From a virus, in IMG/VR virus record IMGVR_UViG_3300020401_001540, positions 1 through 64,000 of that record: a stretch of DNA of 64,000 bases; one strand, 5' to 3'. Below, one piece after another: positions 57,204 to 64,000 of the stretch (position 1 is its first letter; every line of letters starts with the position of its first letter). The translations under genes were made by a program, and so were the position numbers. Under the pieces are notes generated by a model. That model was not told where the DNA came from. It made no database searches and worked only from the letters and a program-made list of their open reading frames with translations.

Positions 57204-60200
57204 TAGTATCCATAGCCTCCGCCGCCACCGCCGCTTGAACCTCCTCCTCCGGAACTACCACCGCCTCCAGAACTGCTACCGCCTCCGCTTGATCCAGATC
57301 CTGTGCTAGATTGATTACTGCTTGATGTACTTGTACTTGAAGTTGACGGAGTAGATGAGGACGTAGTTGTGGATGTAGTTGAAGTAGTTGTTACGCTTAA
57401 CGCCTGGCTTTGTATACCTGTGTTATTTGTATTAGTTGCTGATACAACATTTCCAGCGGCTTGTATTCTTGACGCTGTAACAGAATCAATAATTTCAACA
57501 TCTGCAACTTTTGCATCACTTACAAATATTTCATCGTTTTCACTTTTTATTTCGTACAAGCTACCAAAAGTTAATGTACCTTGTTTAGGCACAATTAAAA
57601 AGTTTAATAAGTCTGGCGCCATTGCATTCATTACAAATGTTGCCATTTCAGTAAAATGAAAAGTTTCTCCAAATTCCCAATTTTGTAAAGAGAAATAAGA
57701 ATTAATTGCAGAAATTACTCTTACTTTAATATCATTATTATTAACTACATTCTCTGTGTTTTTTACAACTTTAAAAACTGCCTGTAGATTTTCTTCTGCT
57801 TTACTTCCAAAAAGAATTTTGTATTTTGCGGGATGGTAAATTACTTCATCGCTTATTGATTTGATCTTGTTAATATTTTGTCCGTATTGTTGAAACAAAG
57901 AATCAACGCTAGGCGGTAAAGGTTTCACGCTACTTGTTCCGTCTAAATAACTTCTAAAGGCACTGTCATAACTTTTTGTAAGCATGTATACATCAATTAT
58001 ATTAGATACACTTGGATCTATTCTATTGCTTTCATCAGCACTATGAATGTAATGAAATTTTAAATTATCTCTACCAACAAATGCAGTATAATCACTTGTT
58101 AAACTTAAACTACCACCGCTTAATATTTTAAAATTATTTTGATCTACAATATAGAATATTGTTGGATCGTTTTCGTATTGGGTATATGCACCTATTTCAA
58201 CCTCGCTAGATTTTACAATAATTTCAGATCCTCTATCATAGTAATTGTATTTGTTAAATCCTTGATCAGAAAGTTCTCTTTTTAAGAAAATGTATTTTGT
58301 TAAGCTATTTGTTTCAGGAGCAACAACATTATCAAAAATATCTGGATCGTCAATTGACCCGTCGTCATTAAGATCAAAAAAGCTGACTTCTACTTTTTTG
58401 CTATTCACGTATCCATCTAGATTTCTATATTCTTTTACTATTTCCCAATTGATGTCATTATTAAAATTTTGTAAACCATCTGGTACAGTATTAAAATTCA
58501 TAATACTAATTTTGTCTTTTACTAATTGTCCTGTTGCAGAATCATAAATTTTATTTTGTCCGTCATAATAAAAAGATAATTCTTTATCACTTTCAAAGAT
58601 GTATCTTAATCCTCTGTTAGTTACTGTATACTTTTCACCATTCGTTTCAAATAGAATTATCCAACTAGCATCTAATTGGTTATTTGTTACATCACCTGTT
58701 TTACCGTTACTAAATGTATCGTAAATATTTAGGTTCTCATTAATAATTACACGCCAAATTCTATTAACTTGATCATATCTTAATCCAAAAGTTTTATATG
58801 CAAAGACTTGATCAATTATTTGCGATCTTACATCACTTGTAATATCTTTAACAAGTTTAGGTTTTACTTCTTCAAGCACACTATTTTTTGGTAGTATTTC
58901 ATTAAACACTATAGGTCCTTGTCCAGTTGTTGTATCAACTGATGTTCCTGCACCACTTACACTAATAACTTTTACCCATTTGTAACTGCTTGCACCTTTT
59001 GCAGTTGCATCGCTAGTCAGTTCTCCTTGACCTATAAAATAAAATCCTGCTGGTGGTACAAATTTTAATAATGCACCAGCTTCAACATATTTTAAAGAAC
59101 CTCCTGTAAACGCTCCAACTTGATATGGATTGTTACTAGCACTGTTTAAAAATCCTGTTGATTGATTAGTAGATTTTGTACTTTGTACCCAAACTGCATT
59201 TAGATCACTAACAATAATTTTTGCATAGTTACTAAAATAAAAATTACTTACTGCTCTGCTTTGTATGGTAGGTAAAATTAGGTTTTCAATCTGTCCTTCT
59301 ATATCAGTTTGATTACTAAATGTAAAACTATTTTTAGCTACATAAGATTCTCTATAAAGTATACCATCTGATCCGTATAGGTTTGTGCTAGAATATTTTC
59401 CAGTCACATCTTTTAAATCAAAATATCTACTAATACCACTTGAAATTCTATTGGTTGATTTTACTTTTACAATTTCCTGATTAGATGTAAGGGGAGCAAT
59501 ATTATAATCCTCACCTGTTATCATTCTATTTTGTGTGTAGTAAGTTTGTGGTGCATTTGTTCTAATACTAGCACTTGTTTCTGTTATACTAGCATTTGTA
59601 ACAACATCTTTTAATTCTAAACCTAATGTCAAAGTTTCTAATTTACCTGACTTACTAACATAGTCTATGCTTAAATCAATATCAGTCAATTCTTCAGGAG
59701 ATATACGCATAGATCTGTTTGCACTTTGTCTATAAAAAGTTCTAAACAATCCATTTGGCACATTACCAAAAGTGCCGTCCGCAAACACAAAAGTTATTTC
59801 ATCATCTTTTCTTGTTTGTACAACGTAAAAGTCTCTAATATTTTTTGCTAATCCATTGTAGATTGCGTTGTTGCCTTCGATAGCATCAACTTTCGTCCAT
59901 AATTTTTCAACTTGTCCGTTTCCATCTAGTTTATACAACCAGACATCAGTGTCGTTAATGTTAGAAGCTTCGATGTTTATTCTTTGATTAGCACTTGGAC
60001 TGTCCACGTTGAACTCTCCAGAATTCAAAGAACCTTGTCTAAAATGCATAAAGTAACCTGTGTTACTACTTCCGTTTCCTCTGCCATCTTCTCTATACAA
60101 GAACGAAACTTGATTTCCTGGTAATGGAATTTCTTCTTGGATTATATCTTTATCTAAATTTATATCAGTTGATACTATTTCAAAAGTAGTAGGAAGTCCG

Positions 60201-60817
60201 TTTACTCCTTTACTGAAACTGAATACTGGAACATCTGCACTTGAAGAATTGAATCTATAAGTTTGTGTTAACACACCATTTAGTTGCGTAGACTTTCCTG
60301 GCTTTCCTATAATATTGTTTTCAGGTAAAGCAGAATTTAAAACTCGTTGAAATTGCTCTGCCCAATTTGCGTTGGAAGGATCATTCCAAGTAATTGTTTG
60401 TTCTGCTAAATTTGTTCCGTTGCTATCTACTACACTTTCTGTTGTGGTGACAGTCTCAAATTTTAGCAGTCCATTTGCCGCTTGGTTTCTTTTTGGATTG
60501 TATGATAAAAGTCTAGCTAATCTTAAAACAGATTCTCTACGTTCTGCTAATTCTAAATAATTTTCTCTTGCATTAAGATCAACTCTATATGCAATGTTTT
60601 GTCCAAGAAATGCAATGATGTCAATCAACGCAAGATATTCAGAAGTTTCAATGTAATCGTTGAAATCTTCAGGATAATTATTCCTTAGATAGGTAATCAT
60701 TGCCCTTCTAAGGGTATCAAAATCATAACTTTTGAATTCAGCGTTTCTAAAACTTTGATAGATTTTACGCCAATCCTCAGCTAGTAATAGTCTATTTTGT
60801 CTATCGGTAGATGACAT
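57203..60817 (-). CDS. gp6: Baseplate wedge subunit (T4 gp6-like)
   Basis: DFDTLR..MI.YL...FNDY.E.S, A.RRESV..LA..L.YNPKR, FADG.FG.VP, ET..SIRTNAP..Y.TQNRMIT.EDY. Confidence 0.88.
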   Translation of the reverse strand: MSSTDRQNRLLLAEDWRKIYQSFRNAEFKSYDFDTLRRAMITYLRNNYPEDFNDYIETSEYLALIDIIAFLGQNIAYRVDLNARENYLELAERRESVLRLARLLSYNPKRNQAANGLLKFETVTTTESVVDSNGTNLAEQTITWNDPSNANWAEQFQRVLNSALPENNIIGKPGKSTQLNGVLTQTYRFNSSSADVPVFSFSKGVNGLPTTFEIVSTDINLDKDIIQEEIPLPGNQVSFLYREDGRGNGSSNTGYFMHFRQGSLNSGEFNVDSPSANQRINIEASNINDTDVWLYKLDGNGQVEKLWTKVDAIEGNNAIYNGLAKNIRDFYVVQTRKDDEITFVFADGTFGNVPNGLFRTFYRQSANRSMRISPEELTDIDLSIDYVSKSGKLETLTLGLELKDVVTNASITETSASIRTNAPQTYYTQNRMITGEDYNIAPLTSNQEIVKVKSTNRISSGISRYFDLKDVTGKYSSTNLYGSDGILYRESYVAKNSFTFSNQTDIEGQIENLILPTIQSRAVSNFYFSNYAKIIVSDLNAVWVQSTKSTNQSTGFLNSASNNPYQVGAFTGGSLKYVEAGALLKFVPPAGFYFIGQGELTSDATAKGASSYKWVKVISVSGAGTSVDTTTGQGPIVFNEILPKNSVLEEVKPKLVKDITSDVRSQIIDQVFAYKTFGLRYDQVNRIWRVIINENLNIYDTFSNGKTGDVTNNQLDASWIILFETNGEKYTVTNRGLRYIFESDKELSFYYDGQNKIYDSATGQLVKDKISIMNFNTVPDGLQNFNNDINWEIVKEYRNLDGYVNSKKVEVSFFDLNDDGSIDDPDIFDNVVAPETNSLTKYIFLKRELSDQGFNKYNYYDRGSEIIVKSSEVEIGAYTQYENDPTIFYIVDQNNFKILSGGSLSLTSDYTAFVGRDNLKFHYIHSADESNRIDPSVSNIIDVYMLTKSYDSAFRSYLDGTSSVKPLPPSVDSLFQQYGQNINKIKSISDEVIYHPAKYKILFGSKAEENLQAVFKVVKNTENVVNNNDIKVRVISAINSYFSLQNWEFGETFHFTEMATFVMNAMAPDLLNFLIVPKQGTLTFGSLYEIKSENDEIFVSDAKVADVEIIDSVTASRIQAAGNVVSATNTNNTGIQSQALSVTTTSTTSTTTSSSTPSTSSTSTSSSNQSSTGSGSSGGGSSSGGGGSSGGGGSSGGGGGGYGY
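57206..57400 (-). repeat. Ser/Thr then Ser/Gly low-complexity coding repeat at the gp6 C-terminus
   Basis: Encodes TTTSTTSTTTSSSTPSTSSTSTSSS...(SSGGGG)n-YGY. GC-rich relative to its surroundings. Confidence 0.85.
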
Positions 60818-60843
60818 CAGTAATCCTTTATCTTAACTTACAG

Positions 60844-60858
60844 TATTTATGATATTTA
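60844..60858 (-). promoter_or_regulatory. Putative late promoter(s) TAAATA before gp6
   Basis: TATTTAT (60844-60850) and TATTTA (60853-60858) on the + strand. AAGGA SD before ATG 60817. Confidence 0.6.
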
Positions 60859-60880
60859 ATAATACTAGCGGTTAATTCTA

Positions 60881-61315
60881 TCACAGAAGACCGATGTCTT
60901 TATCAAACTGTAAACGTAAGTTTTCGCTAATGTTATAATCCTTATACAGTAATGTACATTCTATTTGAATTCCTTTTTCAAATTCTGTTACACTTACTGC
61001 TGTGGCTTGTGTTCTTGGGTCAAAATTTACAATATTTGTAACATTTTCTGTTATTGCATCTTTTAGTTCTGTAGTAAGTGGTTCATACAAAGCGTCCCAT
61101 ATAATGCAACCAAATGCAGGATTGTTTATCTTTTCACCTTGGCGTATGTTAAAATGATTCAGTAAGTCTTGTTTGATTAAAGACAAATCATACTGCTGAA
61201 AACTGTTGTTCTCAGGATTTACCGTGCTAAACCCTCTGTATGCTTTTTGTTTGACAGGTGGTTCTGGTCTTCTTTTTGGTGTAATCGATATTTCTTTGTA
61301 TAAGTTCTGTGCCAT
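60881..61315 (-). CDS. gp25: Baseplate wedge protein gp25 / GPW family
   Basis: D..LIKQDLLN.F..RQGEK..NP.FG..I...L.EP and FDPR. Confidence 0.9.
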   Translation of the reverse strand: MAQNLYKEISITPKRRPEPPVKQKAYRGFSTVNPENNSFQQYDLSLIKQDLLNHFNIRQGEKINNPAFGCIIWDALYEPLTTELKDAITENVTNIVNFDPRTQATAVSVTEFEKGIQIECTLLYKDYNISENLRLQFDKDIGLL

Positions 61316-61320
61316 ATTAA

Positions 61321-61327
61321 TATTTAT
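61321..61327 (-). promoter_or_regulatory. Putative late promoter giving a leaderless gp25 mRNA
   Basis: The - strand reads ATAAATA-TTAAT-ATG, with no SD between motif and start. Confidence 0.55.
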
Positions 61328-61332
61328 CCTGC

Positions 61333-61620
61333 CTAATCACCCACAAAAACTGTGCCACTTCCTTGATCTGTATCTGGATTACAATGTCCAGGAGCTGGAC
61401 AAAGATCATCAGCACTAGCGGTATCTGGCGTATGATTTACAACTGCTTTTCCATTTATGAATACATTGTTAGATCCTGCTGAAAGGTTACCAGAGCCGTG
61501 ACTATTTTGGTCTTGATCTACTGATACTAATTGTGTTTCGACATATACATTGCTTTGTCCTGAAACAACTGTTGTTCCACCGCAAGTTCTTACATGTCCG
61601 TGTATGTGAATTCCTGGCAT
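61333..61620 (-). CDS. PAAR-like spike tip protein (gp5.4-like)
   Basis: Three repeats GQSNVYV, GSNNVFING and GSGTVFVG, with Cys/His metal ligands. TAATG-coupled to gp5. Confidence 0.85.
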   Translation of the reverse strand: MPGIHIHGHVRTCGGTTVVSGQSNVYVETQLVSVDQDQNSHGSGNLSAGSNNVFINGKAVVNHTPDTASADDLCPAPGHCNPDTDQGSGTVFVGD

Positions 61621-63998
61621 TATATAACCTGTCCTGTTCCTGTACCCATCGGTGTTGGCGATGATACATCCGGTAATGGTGTAAGATCACCATTTTTAAT
61701 TTGTTGCCAAATACCTTGTCCTAATTTTCTTCTTTCAACAGTCTTGCTTCCAGACGGGTCAGCATATCCTACTGCATTTTTAAATTGGTTTGCTAGAGAA
61801 GTAAAATTAGTATCTGTCCAAGTAATAAATCTTGCCTTAGGTGGTTTTGTAAGATAAGCTACTGCTAACTTACAAGCATTCTTAGGATCATTAGCTAACT
61901 CTGGATTGTTATAAATGTCTACTCCGGCATATCCTCCATATAATTTGTAGTTGTCTGTACCTGTAATTTGAATCAAGCCACGTCCTCTGTATCTCCATCC
62001 GTCTCCAGTTTCAGGACCACCATTGCCCATTCTACTTCCATAAACCACGCTACCTATTTCAACAGGCTTACGATGAAGCTGTTCAGACAATTCAAATCCC
62101 CCTGGCTTTCTAAACATTTTAAATGTTGCTCGTAAACCTTTCGCACTGTAATTTAAATTTTCACTTTGTGGTTCATAATTACTTTCTGCTTTTATCTGAG
62201 CACATGCCATAGCTAATGCTTCTCCGGCTCCTCCAACAGATCCGCTTTTTAATGCCTCCACAGGATCTAAGCCTAAGCCTTTTATAAGTTCACTTAAGAA
62301 AAATCTTTGTGACTCACGTCTTGATATTGGCTCTGCTGGTAATGCTCCGACCTCTCCGTCATCGTTAGTCTTGAATACCTTGTTTATATCTACCACTGCT
62401 GGATCTGTGTCACCTGCTCTAAATACACCCGAAGTACTGTTACGTTCAGGCATGTCTGATTCTTTTTCTAACGTTGGTGACGAACGTCTTAGTGAAGGAG
62501 ATGATTGTATAATTGCTTCTGTCTCGCCTGAAGTATGTGCAGACGGATTCAAGTTTTCGTGTTCTGGCCAAGGTTCATGCAATGGCACACGTCTTGGAGT
62601 GTTTGCTTCTTTGGCTTCAATTGCTCTTGTGGCATCTGCTGTCACACGTAAGTCTGCAATAGGATTTCCGTCTTTGTCTAAAACTTGATCGCTATCATCA
62701 ACTGATTCTTCTGTAGCAGGTTTTGTAAATGTATCACCAATTGAATCTGCTGTATCTGAAGCTGTTGCAACAGGACTGCTATTCATGTGTATTTGTGATG
62801 CAGTTTCTATATGAAATCCTCCTGACAGTATTTCTGTATCAACTCCTGCATCCATTTTATTACGAAGGGAACTTTTAATTTGTGTATTCAAACCACTTGT
62901 AAGTTTATTGTCTCCTACTGTATTCAAATTAAAGCTACCATTTACTGTTTGTCTATAATCGCCTACTACTTTACTGTGGAAGTTTGCGTTAACGGCAATA
63001 TGACCGTCTTGGCTAACCTGTAAATTATAGTCGCCTGAAATTGTAGATCTTTGTGTGCCAGCTATTTGAACATCCTCATCTGCTCCAATTGCTTTTTGTC
63101 TAGATCCACTTACTCTTAAATCTTGATTAACCCCAACATTTTTAGTATCATTTTGACCAATGATCACATCATTGTCTACACCTATGTTCTCTTTCTTATC
63201 TCTACCGGTTGTTAGGTTATAGTCTCTACCTGCCCTAATATTGATATCTCTATCAGCTGTTATGTTGAGGTCTGTTTCAGTTCTAATGTTTATACTGTCA
63301 TTTGCGTAGATATCTATTTTACCGTTTGACGTTAATTCTACCCAGGCACTGCCTGAAGAATTTCCTATGTATATAAGATCCTCGGAGTTATGCATTAAGA
63401 TTTGGTGGCCTGTTCGCGTTCTAAATCTTAATGAATCGCCGTATGGAAATGATTTATCAACCTTAGAATTATTTTTAGGTTCTGCTCCTAAATCATAATA
63501 AACAGAACCTGTTGTTCCAGGATTTCCTTGTCTAAATATTTCTTGATCACCGTCATCCATTACAAAGCTAGATCCACCTAGTCTACTTCTTGGATATTGA
63601 ATTGATCTTCCTTGTTCACCGTATGTACCTTTTGGTGCACCATCTGACCTATCTAAAGGTCCAGGACTGTTCATTCCAAATACAGTATTAGGAACATCTC
63701 TTCTTGCACTTGCAGTTGATTGTCCTCTGTTTACATCATTTATTAATCCTTGTGTTGCTACTGCTCTAGTGTAAAAAGGATTATGTGGCTTACGAAACTT
63801 ATCTGGGTCATCTCCTCTTAGATCGTTTCTTTTTTTATTGTATTCGCCAACTGGTAATCTTTTGTTTTTTAGATCATTAGGTAATTGGTCTTGTATAATG
63901 TTTTCTGGTTTATCAACAGGTTGTCCTTGTGGAACCTGATAGTTCATAAATTCATCTTGAATACAACCAATCCAATACGCCTGATTGGATTGACCTTC
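61620..63998 (-). CDS. gp5: gp5-like baseplate hub/spike with beta-helix repeats and a C-terminal GH19 muralytic domain; 5'-truncated by the window edge
   Basis: Frame is open to the window end (EGQSNQAYWIGC, OB-fold end). RTRTGHQILMH and V/IG-x6 beta-helix repeats. GH19 motifs AQ..AES, ENLNYS, RMGN and GDGWRYRGRGLIQITG..NY. Confidence 0.88.
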   Translation of the reverse strand, partial: EGQSNQAYWIGCIQDEFMNYQVPQGQPVDKPENIIQDQLPNDLKNKRLPVGEYNKKRNDLRGDDPDKFRKPHNPFYTRAVATQGLINDVNRGQSTASARRDVPNTVFGMNSPGPLDRSDGAPKGTYGEQGRSIQYPRSRLGGSSFVMDDGDQEIFRQGNPGTTGSVYYDLGAEPKNNSKVDKSFPYGDSLRFRTRTGHQILMHNSEDLIYIGNSSGSAWVELTSNGKIDIYANDSINIRTETDLNITADRDINIRAGRDYNLTTGRDKKENIGVDNDVIIGQNDTKNVGVNQDLRVSGSRQKAIGADEDVQIAGTQRSTISGDYNLQVSQDGHIAVNANFHSKVVGDYRQTVNGSFNLNTVGDNKLTSGLNTQIKSSLRNKMDAGVDTEILSGGFHIETASQIHMNSSPVATASDTADSIGDTFTKPATEESVDDSDQVLDKDGNPIADLRVTADATRAIEAKEANTPRRVPLHEPWPEHENLNPSAHTSGETEAIIQSSPSLRRSSPTLEKESDMPERNSTSGVFRAGDTDPAVVDINKVFKTNDDGEVGALPAEPISRRESQRFFLSELIKGLGLDPVEALKSGSVGGAGEALAMACAQIKAESNYEPQSENLNYSAKGLRATFKMFRKPGGFELSEQLHRKPVEIGSVVYGSRMGNGGPETGDGWRYRGRGLIQITGTDNYKLYGGYAGVDIYNNPELANDPKNACKLAVAYLTKPPKARFITWTDTNFTSLANQFKNAVGYADPSGSKTVERRKLGQGIWQQIKNGDLTPLPDVSSPTPMGTGTGQVI

Positions 63999-64000
63999 TG

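Noticed and set aside
1-64000. Alternative genetic code, CRISPR array, tRNA/rRNA genes, introns or inteins
   Set aside because: Standard-code ORFs tile the window densely, including a 5002-aa ORF, and both TAA and TGA end genes. Intergenic gaps are too short, and no repeat-spacer, cloverleaf or intein motifs were seen by eye.

Overview
This 64 kb window is part of a large, AT-rich, T4-like contractile-tailed phage genome using the standard genetic code; a marine or aquatic origin is a guess. It has three blocks. (1) 1-10.3 kb, + strand: 7-deazaguanine pathway genes (folE, truncated at the window edge, and queE), a T4 RNase H-like 5'-3' nuclease, a MoxR-type AAA+ ATPase with a metallopeptidase-VWA partner, small hypothetical genes and a fibre-like virion protein. 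(2) About 10.3-35.2 kb, mostly - strand: a dense ~25 kb enzymatic island with four radical SAM enzymes plus a free SPASM/Twitch protein, two adenylate-forming enzymes, an alpha/beta hydrolase, a TctA/TctC transporter, two methyltransferases (one fused to an ACP-like domain), a flavin halogenase-family protein, a 2OG-Fe(II) hydroxylase, three nitroreductase-fold proteins, two SGNH proteins, a carbamoyltransferase, a DegT aminotransferase and four glycosyltransferase-like proteins. (3) 35.2-64 kb, - strand: tail fibre and baseplate genes, including a 5002-aa protein, gp6, gp25, PAAR and a gp5-like spike with a GH19 domain. The best candidate for an undescribed system is the island. It continues from the tail-fibre genes and shares a T4-like late promoter motif (TAAATA), suggesting a late-expressed pathway that makes a decorated glycan or small molecule, possibly to modify the virion. 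Other signals are three sigma70 promoters sharing an AGGCACT motif, an H-type pseudoknot/terminator and probable leaderless late genes. All product calls come from motifs recognised by eye; no database searches were run.
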